Assembly: GCA_965178125.1 (NCBI GenBank)
Contig: OZ237756.1
Coordinates: 62,001 to 126,000, forward strand
Length of the DNA: 64,000 bases
Source of the DNA: Bilabrum cf. latius
Lineage: Eukaryota
Direction: 5' to 3'
Of this stretch, positions 48,473 to 60,670 are shown piece after piece; positions within the stretch are counted from its first letter, which is position 1, and each line of letters starts with the position of its first letter. The notes beneath the pieces are model-generated. The model was given only the letters and a program-made list of their open reading frames with translations. It was not told the DNA's origin and did not search any database. Both the position numbers and the translations under genes were made by a program.

Positions 48473-51400
48473 ATGAGTGATCCGCGGCGTGACGTGCATG
48501 TGCTACTTTTGAGGCGTGTGTGCCTGCTGCTGACATCTTAGCTTTGTAGTTGCAAAGAGCGTGGATGCGACCCCTAGGTAAAAGCGCCCGATGGTAGCGT
48601 CGCAGGAATAACATGTGTTGTACAGGGTTTAAGCGAGCTTGCCTAGGTCCAGCGCAGCACTGACCTCGCAAAGGTACCAGCGGACTCGACGAGTCTGCCC
48701 GACACAACGGGCGAGGCCTCGATAGCAGCGATTGAAACCGTATCGTAGATTGCCGACACTACGGATGGACACGGAATGCGCTCATTTGAAGATCCATCAT
48801 GGCTCGCGCGGGGCTTGGCCGTGGAGCTTGTGCTCAGCGTTGTGGACGAGTGCGCAGCCGAAGGGCGAGCGATGCTGGCTGGGCTACATGCTCAGGCTGA
48901 AGCCGGAGACATCGACGAGTCCCCCTCGATCGAGTCGCTGAAACGGCGACTGGGTCTTCTTGCTCGTCTGAGATTTGACGCCCTATCACGCCGAGAGGTG
49001 CTCCTCTCAGCCGGCGGCTGCACCACTGCTCCGGCCCGGGCCGGATACGCGCAGGTGAGCCGCGGATGGCAGCTCGCACTCAGGGGTGCACTGCACGACA
49101 GTGCGCTCCCCGACCACTCAGCTCGATCACCCATGCCCTCTCTGCAGGACATGCTGGATTCGCGCTCGCATTCGTCACAGGGGCAGCCCGACCAAGCTGA
49201 CAGCACTGGCAGGAGGTATCCGCAAGTCGACGATGCAGCTGCACGTGGCGCGCGGGCGGCTGCCAACTTCCGAGCCGGCCACGGTGAACACGGTGCGCGT
49301 GTTGGAAAAATTGATGCAGTGGGGGTCCTCTCCCCGGATGGTCGAACCATGCGACACCTGTTCGAGGGTGGCACTGGCGCTGGCACCGGCGCTGGCACTG
49401 GCACTGGCAGTGACAGTGCCGGGCTGGTACTAGGTAGCACGAGCGATCGAACGAGTCCTGTTGCTAGCGAGCCAGGGCCACATGCACGGCAGGTCACCCA
49501 TCGCGAGCCAGGGCCACATGCACGGCAGGTCACCCATCGCGAGGCGCACGCTCTGGAACGGGCTCGCAGTCAAGTAGAGCAGGTGGTGCGCGACAGGCTG
49601 GAGATGGCAGAGCTGTCCATCCTGGAAATGGCCGGTCAGCATGAAGGGCGGGTCGATCCAGGGGTGCGGCACGGGGCTCTTGCCGGACAACGAACTGCCA
49701 AGGAATCTACCCAAGGCGCTCCGATCGGACCTAGGGGTGCCTTGGCTGTGCTCCCCTCCCTTCCAGCGAGCAGCGCCAGCACAGATGCCGACGGTGAAGC
49801 CACCACCACGGATGGCACTCGGCGGCCTGCCCCTATGGCCACTAGCACAGATGCCGACGGTGAAGCCACCCCCACGGATGGCACTCGGCGGGCTGCCCCG
49901 ATGGCCCCTAGCGTCGTATTGTCGGAGGCATACCCCACCATGCGTGCGGACAAGCTCAAAAGCAGAGCGGACCATCATGGCGCTAGTGTTGTTGATGACG
50001 CAGGCACTCGAGCAGCGCTTGGGACGGACCTCGATGTCAGCCTCGTCAGCACGCAGCCTACGTAGTTTACCCATGTGGGACGTGCTATCACCGGTGGTTC
50101 GCAGTCGCGTTCCTTTCTGCAGCATCAGGCGTGGGAACAGGATACAATGAGGTCGTTTGCAGTTGCTTCTGGCAAGCAGGTTGCCTCTTGCTCTGATGAT
50201 TCGATCGTGGGCCAGGCTTCGCTGCAACCGCTGCCCCAGCCGCAGCGTGCTCCCAGCGGACCGACTGACATGCTGGGCAACCGGGCATCGATAGCAGGCT
50301 CTTGTGATTGTGTTTCAATCCCAGGTGCGGCTGTCCCACCGCAACATCGTGGCACTGCTGCTGGCCGAGCTGGCGCACCTGGGATTGAAACGAGCGAGGC
50401 TTCCGCACTGCGGCGTCGAGTGGTAGAGCTGGAGGCCAATCTGCAGCGAGGGCAAAGAGCGAGGACCAGCCTTGTAGCGCGACTAGAGTCTGCCTAGCGA
50501 GACCTGGAGCGATCAGAGGCACGCGCCGAAGAGGCAAATCGTGCATGCCAGTAGCTGCGCTCAACGCACAAGAAGACGTTGGATCGTCTGTAGCACGAGT
50601 GGAAAGCAGACTCAATTGCTGCCGAGAGGCTGCACAATGCAGAGAATGACGGCGCCTTGTGGAGACAGCGAAGTGAAGTTTCAACAGACCGCGCTGACAG
50701 CCTGCAGCGACAGCTAGCCCAGGCCGAAGCGAGGCAGACTGACCTGTAGGCCGCACTCAAAGCCCACCTTGTCACCCTGAGGCATGAAGCAGCTGTGTGC
50801 AGGCAGGATGCACTCGATTAGGTTGAGGCGATCAAGAAAACTGCTGGGGAACGCTTCGCATTTCTCAAGCAATAGGTCGCGACCCAAGCGCAGCAAGAGG
50901 CCCAGGCGCAGCTTGCACTTCGGATGAGTCGTGATGAAGCCATACAGGAGCAGCGCAAGCTCTAGGTGCAACGGGGGGACCTGAATCGGAAACTGAGGGA
51001 CACGCAAACAGCAAATAAGGACTTGCAATAGACCAATGAAGATCTCCAGAAGGCTCTTGTCGTGGCAAAGAGCCAACGCGACGAAGTACAAGCCAGCTTT
51101 GACCATCTTGCTGAAGAACTCAAGGCTGCTCGAAAAGATATCTAGTCAAGAGACCTGGAGATCAAGAGGCAGACAGCGGTTCTGACGAACTCCGGCGGAA
51201 GGACAGAGGAGCTGGCCAGGCAACTAAACGTGGCAATGTCGGCCAAACATTTGCTGCAGCAACAACTGTCCGAAAGCCAGGCAGAAATGAAACAATTGCA
51301 AGACCAACAAGAGGAAGCAGCTGCAAACTTCAGAGAGATAAAGGAAGAGATGGCCACACTGCAAGGCACATTACAGCAGGCTCAAATTCAGCAAGGGTCT

Positions 51401-54400
51401 GTGCAGGGCCAGCTGCAGGAGGCCGAGGCTGAGCGAGCGGCTGTGCAGGGCAAGCTGCAGGAGGCCGAGGCTGAGCGAGCGGCTGTGCAGGGCCAGCTGC
51501 AGGAGGCCGAGGCTGAGCGAGCGGCTATGCAGGGCCAGCTGCAGGAGGCCGAGGCTGAGCGAGCGGCTATGCAGGGCAAGCTGCAGGAGGCCGAGGCTGA
51601 GCGAGCGGCTATGCAGGGCAAGCTGCAGGAGGCCGAGGCTGAGCGAGCGGCTGTGCAGGGCCAGCTGCAGGAGGCCGAGGCTGAGCGAGCGGCTATGCAG
51701 GGCAAGCTGCAGGAGGCCGAGGCTGAGCGAGCGGCTGTGCAGGGCAAGCTGCAGGAGGCCGAGGCTGAGCGAGCGGCTGTGCAGGGCAAGCTGCAGGAGG
51801 CCGAGGCTGAGCGAGCGGCTGTGCAGGGCCAGCTGCAGGAGGCCGAGGCTGAGCGAGCGGCTGTGCAGGGCCAGCTGCAGGAGGCCGAGGCTGAGCGAGC
51901 GGCTGTGCAGGGCAAGCTGCAGGAGGCCGAGGCTGAGCGAGCGGCTGTGCAGGGCAAGCTGCAGGAGGCCGAGGCTGAGCGAGCGGCTGTGCAGGGCCAG
52001 CTGCAGGAGGCCGAGGCTGAGCGAGCGGCTGTGCAGGGCCAGCTGCAGGAGGCCGAGGCTGAGCGAGCGGCTGTGCAGGGCAAGCTGCAGGAGGCCGAGG
52101 CTGAGCGAGCGGCTGTGCAGGGCAAGCTGCAGGAGGCCGAGGCTGAGCGAGCGGCTGTGCAGGGCCAGCTGCAGGAGGCCGAGGCTGAGCGAGCGGCTGT
52201 GCAGGGCCAGCTGCAGGAGGCCGAGGCTGAGCGAGCGGCTGTGCAGGGCCAGCTGCAGGAGGCCGAGGCTGAGCGAGCGGCTGTGCAGGGCCAGCTGCAG
52301 GAGGCCGAGGCTGAGCGAGCGGCTGTGCAGGGCCAGCTGCAGGAGGCCGAGGCTGAGCGAGCGGCTGTGCAGGGCCAGCTGCAGGAGGCCGAGGCTGAGC
52401 GAGCGGCTGTGCAGGGCAAGCTGCAGGAGGCCGAGTCTGAGCGAGCGGCTGTGCAGGGCCAGCTGCAGGAGGCCGAGTCTGAGCGAGCGGCTGTGCAGGG
52501 CAAGCTGCAGGAGGCCGAGGCTGAGCGAGCGGCTGTGCAGGGCAAGCTGCAGGAGGCCGAGGCTGAGCGAGCGGCTGTGCAGGGCCAGCTGCAGGAGGCC
52601 GAGGCTGAGCGAGCGGCTGTGCAGGGCAAGCTGCAGGAGGCCGAGGCTGAGCGAGCGGCTGTGCAGGGCCAGCTGCAGGAGGCCGAGTCTGAGCGAGCGG
52701 CTGTGCAGGGCAAGCTGCAGGAGGCCGAGGCTGAGCGAGCGGCTGTGCAGGGCCAGCTGCAGGAGGCCGAGGCTGAGCGAGCGGCTGTGCAGGGCCAGCT
52801 GCAGGAGGCCGAGGCTGAGCGAGCGGTTGTGCAGGGCAAGCTGCAGGAGGCCGAGGCTGAGCGAGCGGCTGTGCAGGGCAAGCTGCAGGAGGCCGAGGCT
52901 GAGCGAGCGGCTGTGCAGGGCAAGCTGCAGGAGGCCGAGGCTGAGCGAGCGGCTGTACAGGGCCAGCTGCAGGAGGCCGAGGCTGAGCGAGCGGCTGTGC
53001 AGGGCCAGCTGCAGGAGGCCGAGGCTGAGCGAGCGGCTGTGCAGGGCAAGCTGCATGACGCCATGACATAGCTTGATAGTTTTCGAGATTTGAGTAGGTA
53101 GACTTGTTCCCAGCAATGGTAGGTCGTGCCGGCAGTTGCTGTCCATGCCGGGCCCAGATCGCGGCAGGGTAAGGACGCCCTTCCGGATCAGCTCTCAAGT
53201 CTAAAGAAGCAGAGGAATGCTGCGGTTCGGCAGGTTTCAATGCTGCTCGGGGCTGGGGATGCTGGCATTGACCCGTCATCCGTGAATGTTGCGTCAAGGG
53301 AGTCGAGGAAGCGCGTGAAGCGAGAGTTTATGAATGAGTTCGGGTACAGGCTGGGGGCAGTGGCTGCGGTTTCAACGATGCGGGGCGGGTCGTAGGCGGT
53401 TGGTTGTGCAACTGTACGATCATGGTCCAGCTGCGCGCAGATAGCTCTGGCTGGCATTGCCCCTGTGCGTGCAGGCAGTCTCGCTGCAGATCTCCATGCG
53501 GCACACATGCATATACATTAGCTGGAGGGATAGAATGCGGCTGTTAGTGGCAAGCTTGACCGACTCAGGTCTCGCGCCTAGACCATGTTCGATGCGAGCC
53601 GGAAGCAGCAAGAGCAGCATAGGTCCGAGATGGCGCAGCTCAGGAAGGATGGAGCTAGGCTACAAACCCTTCTTGACACCAGCACCCGACAGTAGGCAAA
53701 ATGGATGCACGAGCGCAGTGACAAAGTCAACCAGTTGCAGGGCCAGACCAACCGTGCTGTGATTGACCCGATCTCACTTGATGCAGCAGTACGTCAGCTG
53801 GAGGTCGCCGTGGTGCGGAGTGCCCGGGAGGAGCTTGAGACAAAATCATCCTATGAAAAAGCTTCTGGCTCAGGTCAGGAGAGGCTATCACAAGGGTAGG
53901 CTCGGGCATGCACGTCTGGATGGCAGGTGGTGAGCCTGCACTGCTCGTCCATACAGCCTCGCGCAGTTGAAATAAGGCCCGCTAACCTGACAGATGGGAC
54001 CACGCTTGCTCAGTCACAAGCAGCTGCTCCGAGCAGCGAGTCTGTCGGCGGTCACCAAGCCGATTCTTTGCCGTTTTCGCCTGCTGCTCAGACTAAGATC
54101 GAATCCCGGGATCAACTTCGAGCGGTGCAGTACCGCTGCATACGGCTCGAGTAGGAGAGCGAGGCACTGAGAGACCAACTGGAGCAGACTCTCGCAAGGG
54201 TGCAGCTCGTGCAGGCGCAACCTAGTGCCAGCGTGCGTGCAATCGGAGTGCAGGCCACGAGCAGCAACAAGGACGAGGGAAGCGATGACACCAGAAGATT
54301 CGCCACCACGAATGATGGCGAATGCGACGAATGGTTGTCAGAGCTACATCCCTCGGTGCGAGCCAGTGTGGACAACAGGCGGCTCCAAGAGAAGGCTCGT

Positions 54401-56716
54401 TCTGACAAGCAGCACAAGGCCAATAGCGGTACGAAGGGCTTAAATTCGATGTCGAAACCGCAGGACGCATGGATAGCAGACCTGCACGCAGCCTCGGATT
54501 CTCTCAGGGTGACGGAGACGCGCCTCGGCGAAAAGGTGGTACACAGCTTAAGCGGCGGGAGTGGCTCGAGCCCCTCGGGCGATGCAGTGGCAGTGGCCCG
54601 CGTTAGACATGACGGTTTCAGCGGCTCCCTGCTGGCTGGTCTACCGGTGGAGGAGGCCGGTCTGGTGCGAGCCTTGCACGGGCAGATCTTGCGATTGGGA
54701 CGGGAGCTCCAGTCTAGAGACAGGCAGCTGGAGGCGGTGCACGGCAGGATCGAACAAGTGCGGCGATCTGTGACAGAGCTGGCCGAGCAGAGGGCACATC
54801 GAGCGCCTGCATCTGCATTTGCGCACGAAGGAGCGCGCGATGGTTCTGCTCCACCTGGCCAGCGCGACCGGAGCGCTCCCCTTGAAGCCGAGAAGCGAGA
54901 CGGTCGTCGCATGTCTCAACGTGCTATTAATTCGGAATCACTCTCACCGTTTGTAGTAGAGGTCAGTGAAATCAGCGCAGGGAACAGCAGCGCACTGGAT
55001 GGACAGGACACGGCCGAGCACGATGTCGCTTTCCCAAGCAGAGGGATGGTTCTTGACGGCCTCATGGAGGCCGAGGACAACGACGCGGACACAGGGCCTT
55101 CTGTGCTATATGCCAGGCAGCACAGTGCCGTGCACCGTCTGTTCGATGAGAGGGCAGAGTTAGAGGAGACCCATGCGCGGGAGCTGCGGGAAAGGGATCG
55201 CCGGATTGCCTCTCTGATGAGGGAGCGGCTAGGCCTTGAGATCGCGGTGCTGCGGCTGAGGACGCAGATGGACAGGGCCGGCATGTACCAGCATAACCTG
55301 CCAAGGGTACCCAAGAGGGCTCTTGTCGATGATAAGGAGCAGCCACACGTAGAAATCTCGGCGCTGACAGGTGATGCCTCGCAGTCGAAGGCGAATGGAT
55401 CCAAGGACAGGAACTAGTCTCGAGTACACCTTGGAGTGCTGCGCCCTAGTGACGTGCCGCGGCTCAGCTGGCCTGTGGCCCAGTCTGCGCTGCGAGAGAT
55501 GCAGGCCGGCCTGCCAGCAATCGAGGATGGTGCACGAACAGGATCGGTCGAGCGCGGCAGTGCCAAGGCTGGTGGCACATTGCCTGCAGCGGTATAGTCA
55601 GAAGCAGTGCTACAGAACGGCACACGGCTAGTGGACGATAGCGATTCAGATTCGGTTCAGCAGGCGCAGGCTGAGCTTCGGGCCTCTGTGCAGCTCGGTG
55701 TGCCCGAGGAACCGCCCAGCCAGGCTTCCGTCGAGGTTGAGTTTGGCGCCGCACGTGATGCCAGAGGGGATCCTGAAGATGAAGATCCTGAGACTTCGTT
55801 CGATTTCGAGACAGACGTGGGCAGGGGAGCTGCCCTAAACGGATTCAATGGGGCTGTCACGCTTGGTAGTCCTCATGCGCCGGGTGGACGCAAGATACGA
55901 GACTCTCAGCTAGGGCCACATGCGCAAGAACACGATCTGTGGCTCGATAGTGCAGATGCCAGGAGTCCTCGTGATGCGCTGAGAGGGCTAGTCCAGCCAG
56001 GCCGGGCGGGTCACGCCACCGGCGGCAGCAGCAGGAACACCAACAAGAGGAGGGGTATGCCGGTGCCGGTCAGCACGTTTGCAGAGACCCCGAGGAGAGC
56101 GGCGGTGCGAGTTGCCCTGGGGTCTGCCGGTCCGCACGAGACCCACTCTAGGCGGTTCTGGGAGGAGTCGCCTTCGGGGCACAGAGAGGATGCAGTAGCT
56201 CTGGGATCACCGTTCATGGGTGCTGGTGTGCATGTACCATCGCCAAGACGCACCTAGGCAAGTCAAGGCAGCGATGGAGTTGGCTAGGGAGATGGAGCCT
56301 CCTCCCCTGGTCCAAGGTTAGATAGCCAGAGCACAAGAGAAGGCGCCGAGACTGTGAGCTCTATCCTGGCGCGATTGAAGAGCAAGACTAGGCGGGGGTA
56401 GTCTGGCGCTGGGCCAGTGGGGATCGGCCGTGAATCTTCATCCGCAGACGGATCACCGGCTTGGAGAGGCGAGAGTGCGAGTGGCAGTGCCGATGGCAAG
56501 GAGGCCGTGCAGAGGGAAAGAGAAGTGCGCTTCGTGACACCCCCATAGACCCCATAGGTGCCCCCTAGGGGTGACGCTCACAGCAAGGCACACGAGCAGG
56601 GCTCCATGGCAACCAGCAGAGCAGGAACCCCAAGGACAGGGGGCAAGATGGGGTCACTGTACTCGCAAGGGGCCATCACACCAGGTGGACAGGGGTGGCT
56701 GGGCATCGGCATTTGA
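48473..56716 (+). CDS. Large coiled-coil protein with internal 14-aa repeat array (~2747 aa)
   Basis: Single frame from ATG 48473 with about 31 TAGs and no TAA/TGA until TGA 56714. Heptad-rich E/Q/A/R/L segment at ~50400-54200. Confidence 0.75.
49469..49540 (+). repeat. 36-bp tandem duplication (EPGPHARQVTHR x2)
   Basis: Two exact adjacent copies. Confidence 0.9.
49778..49909 (+). repeat. 66-bp imperfect tandem duplication (STDADGEAT.TDGTRR.APMA. x2)
   Basis: Two adjacent near-identical copies. Confidence 0.85.
51401..53055 (+). repeat. Coding minisatellite: ~39 copies of a 42-bp unit encoding VQG[Q/K]LQEAEAERAA
   Basis: GTGCAGGGC(C/A)AGCTGCAGGAGGCCGAGGCTGAGCGAGCGGCT repeated head to tail with few variants. 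Confidence 0.97.
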
Positions 56717-59700
56717 TGCAACCCTGGCTGACACCAACCACCATCCAAATATATTGCGACTGATAATTGGCCCATTTAGACTCATCACATGCTATGCACA
56801 GTCTCATATTGGACCACGATTAAACGGCGCCGCGATTCAATCCACCGATGGCAACGGAACCAACGCATCCGCGAGGTCAATCAATCCAAACATAACTCGG
56901 CCAAGCCAAAAACCAACTCGTGCTTTCCGGCTTGTTGCAGCCATGCAGCTATCTACATGCTGTGTGTCCGGGTGGCTTCTCATGTTGATACTTCTTCTGG
57001 CGGGCGGCACGGTCGAGGCTAGAGTTGTGAGCCGCGCTGGTGGCCCGGGACAACCTTCGGGCCACGAGCTCTTTTCATGTGTTGTCGATGTAGTGTCTGC
57101 CCTTTGCAAAGACCAGTTGCATCGAGCTGCGCGTGTCAGTGATGAGCATGCCAACACCCGAACACAAGATGTGACAAGGCGACTGCAACAGCCTGAGACA
57201 ATAAGTAGCCCAGAACTGGATCTGTTTGGGCTGCCTCTCAGACTTCTCAGTCCGCCGTACAGCAAGGATCCGTGTTATGACTCAGAGCAAGGCGCGTACC
57301 GTCGCTGGGATCAGATCAGCTCAGGCCTTCTGACGGCAGCCGAAGCAGACCGGCATGCATAGCCTGGTTTTGAATCAGTTTAGGCCGATCCTTTGTACGG
57401 CAGCACAAGCGCGATTCGGCAGTACTGGATGGACCGTGTGCTGCCGCCGCCTCCCTCGGATGACGGCCTGGGCGGGGGCATGCAGATGGGCTCAGGTCTC
57501 CCCGTGGCGCGACCGACGTGGGTGGACCTGCGGCGGGCTGCGCTGGCAGCGGAATGCATCGGGGGCGCGGGTGACGCAGCTGCAGCAAGTGCATGCGCAG
57601 TGCACCACGCCACGAGATACATGCCCGGGATGGGCGGCGCATCGTTGAGTCAAGAGTAGGCTGGGTGGAGAGGGGGCGGTGGGCATGACGAGGCCAAGCC
57701 ACGAGAGGCAGTGGACCCGCTGTTCACATCAGAGAGGAGCCCAGGGGCGGGCTGTGCCCCCATGGAAGAGCATGGAGTGGACGCAGACGGGCCGCTGGAG
57801 GGTCCTGCGGATGGCTGGGTGTTTGCGGGGGCTTAGAGCAAGAGCCAGAGCGAGGCAGGGTCAGGGGCAGGGTCAGGCTCAGGCTCAGGCTCAGGCTCAG
57901 GGTCAGGGTCAGGGTCAGGGTCAAGCAGCAGGTGCCTGGGTGCTTCCTCGGTGACTAGAGACATGGGGCACATGCTGGACGTGGCGGCAGATGCCCGCAT
58001 TCGGCACGTGGCTCTGCAATGGAATGCTTCCGTATTCCTGGCACGGGGCGACATTGTGAATCTGGCTCAGCGGGCTCGCCTGCTGCCGCCAGCTGGCGTG
58101 GTGCTGGAGGTGGGCAGCTTCCACGGCATGAGCGCGATGACGATGCTCATTGCACTGCGGCGCAGGGGCAACTGGGCAGCACGGGTCCTATCGGTGGACC
58201 TGTGGATGGACCCGGATGATGCGCAGAGCGCAGCCGCATCGGATTCCAGCCAGCAGTGGTACGCTTTCTAGCCCGCATGGCACAGGGCCCGGCACGTGGA
58301 TGCATACACCGGGATGGTGGCTTCTTCAGGTGCGGGTCACCAGGCGTACATGCTGAGGATGCACTCGGTGCAGGCGGCCTCGTTTGTTCCCCGGGGAACA
58401 GTGGATCTGCTGTTCATCGACGGTGACCACTCCAAGGCGGGGGCCTACGCAGACATGGCTGCGTGGATGCCCACGGTGGACAGGAGGACGGTTGTGGCCG
58501 GCGGGGCGGCGGATGGTGATGGTGGGAGGGACGGCCCGAAGCCCAACGAGCTGCTCATGGGGGGCCGGGTGCTGCTGCACGATGGCTCGCCCAGTCTGCA
58601 CCTTCGCTGTGGGCGTGGGCGGGAGAGGCCATGTGCTGGACACGTGAGGGAGAAGATGGCAATTTGGAAGCTATCTGGCACCGGAGAGTAGGAGTTCGGT
58701 GTGATTGCTGCCGCATCGCAGCTGTGCTCGTTGCACCAGCAGTGCTCAGTGATCACCACGCAGAATACGTAGGTGTACGGGCATCGAGCTGTTCGGTTTT
58801 CATCAGCGGCAGGTGATGCAGCGATGCGGTCCATTGGATGGAACTCGACCCAGCTGGCCTTGGATCTTGCTGGGGCTGGCGAGCCTCGCGCGTTCTGGCC
58901 GTTGTCGCCTGTGGCAAGTGCGGCCGGCCAGCTCACAGAACCTTCGCGACAGCTTACATTACGCATACCTCTCAACAGCAGCGCGATGTCAGAGATTGTG
59001 TCGCCGGCATGGACCATGCGAGCCTGTGTGGAGGACCTTGAAGCATCCGGAGGCGGCGCAACTCCTAGCAGCAAGAACGGCTTGCCCCCTGGCACATCCG
59101 GTATCATCCGCTACCGCACCTCGCATCAGGCGCTTGCAGGTCCGTACAGGAGTATCGCTGCAGCGCTCGCCATGGTGTCCGTCGCTGCATCGACAGAGCG
59201 GGGAGCGGAGGACGGCCCCAGTGTCAGCAGGGACAGCGCACAGTCGATCATGCTGGAAGGGTGCAACTGCCCGTTGACCTCATCGGAGAACGTGGTGGCG
59301 TCTGTGGTTGCTGCTGTTGGCGCTGAGTCTGTCGCAGATGGATCCACCGGGGCAGCTGGCGCAGGGTCAGACCCGAGGCACCTTGTGAATGAAGTATTGA
59401 GCCAGCTGATGGGCTTCAAGGGGTCATCTCCAGCGGACTGGTCCGAAGCGGTGCAAGCCATGGGGCAAATCGCGTCCAGAGTAGCGCGGCGAGCGGCGGA
59501 CATGTGCTGCAGGATGCCCATCGAGTACGACAGAGCGGCACGAGCATACGTTGGAACAGAGGACTCGGCTGAAACCACTATATTGGATGAGAATCGGCAC
59601 CCAGTACACAAGTGGATCACTTTGACGTCAGGTGTGCCGCGGATGAAAGCCATGTATCTGGCAAGATGCAGTATCGCAAATTCCCGCGAACCACCCTCAG

Positions 59701-60028
59701 GGTCAGGGAATGGTATACATGAATACGATCATAGTATACCACTGGCTGTACCAAGCCAATCAAATTTAGCTTCAAATGTAGTAGAGACTGCGGACGGTAA
59801 GGGTATGTCACGTCGGTTGAAACCGGGGCAGTCATCATTGTGGGGCTCTCGGTCGGCTCTGAAGGCTGTCTTGCAGTCCCAGCGGTTCGCGCTCCAGGAT
59901 CACGACGAGCCGATCATGTGGAGCTTGCGGGACAGCCCTCTGACTGCGTGGGCAGAGGCATGCGGTGTGCATGGGAGCGGCCCTGAGAGCATGAGTGAGG
60001 CTGGAGGCAGTGCAATGTGGGGTGCATG
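56704..60028 (+). repeat. Tandem segmental duplication, copy 1 (period ~3.97 kb)
   Basis: Near-identical to 60671-64000, starting at CATCGGCATTTGATGCA. Confidence 0.95.
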
Positions 60029-60143
60029 TGCTGCTTTGAGAGGGCGGCAGATTGAAGGTGCTGGCAAGCAGCCTATGGTGGATCGGGTTGCGTCACACCC
60101 TTCTCTGCCAGCTTACGTGATCCCTGAACGTTGGCGACAGTGA
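56943..60143 (+). CDS. Signal-peptide-bearing class I SAM-dependent methyltransferase (Methyltransf_24-like), copy 1 (~1066 aa)
   Basis: Signal MQLSTCCVSGWLLMLILLLAGGTVEA. Motifs VVLEVGSFHGMS, VLSVDLW, VDLLFIDGDHS, GGRVLLHD. Six in-frame TAGs; ends TGA. Confidence 0.8.
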
Positions 60144-60670
60144 GTCAGCCTTGAAGTCCCTTGGATTCTTCGTTGGTGAGGCCAGCAGGTTCTCTGAGAT
60201 TGAGATCACGCGTTGGGTACAGTAACAGTCCGAGGTGCCGGATCAGATGCGAAGCAGCGAAGCGGAGGAGAGAACGGTCGAAGAGGCCAGTCCAGCGACG
60301 CACGAGGCAGGAGGGCAGTCATGATGGGTGAGAAGGACGAGGGCCTAGGAGAGAAGGATGGTGGAGGAGATAGGGATGATGGAACAACAGGCAGGAGGAG
60401 GGTAAATAGAAAAGATGACTGGTGAGGTCCTCTGGTTGCTACGAGGGATAGGAAGTGGGAGACTTGAAGTGTAGCGTGTGGGTGACGGGTGGTCCGGATT
60501 GGGTGCGGCTCTGAGTGATTGGAGTGGCCCCGGATCGGATCACCCGAGCATTTGCAGGTGGGAAACAAGGGAGGTCACAATGAGACTTGAGCCAGTCGAG
60601 CCGTGTGCTGTTCGGGTGGTGAGCAGCAGCGCTCGCCAGATCTTTTCAAACGCGGAGACGTGTAGCTGGA

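Noticed and set aside
51401-53055. CRISPR-like array
   Set aside because: There are no unique spacers, the repeats are contiguous and coding, and the context is eukaryotic.
51371-53297. Three long minus-strand ORFs (591, 558 and 534 aa)
   Set aside because: These are antisense shadows of the stop-free 42-bp repeat; the plus frame continues into coiled-coil sequence on both sides.
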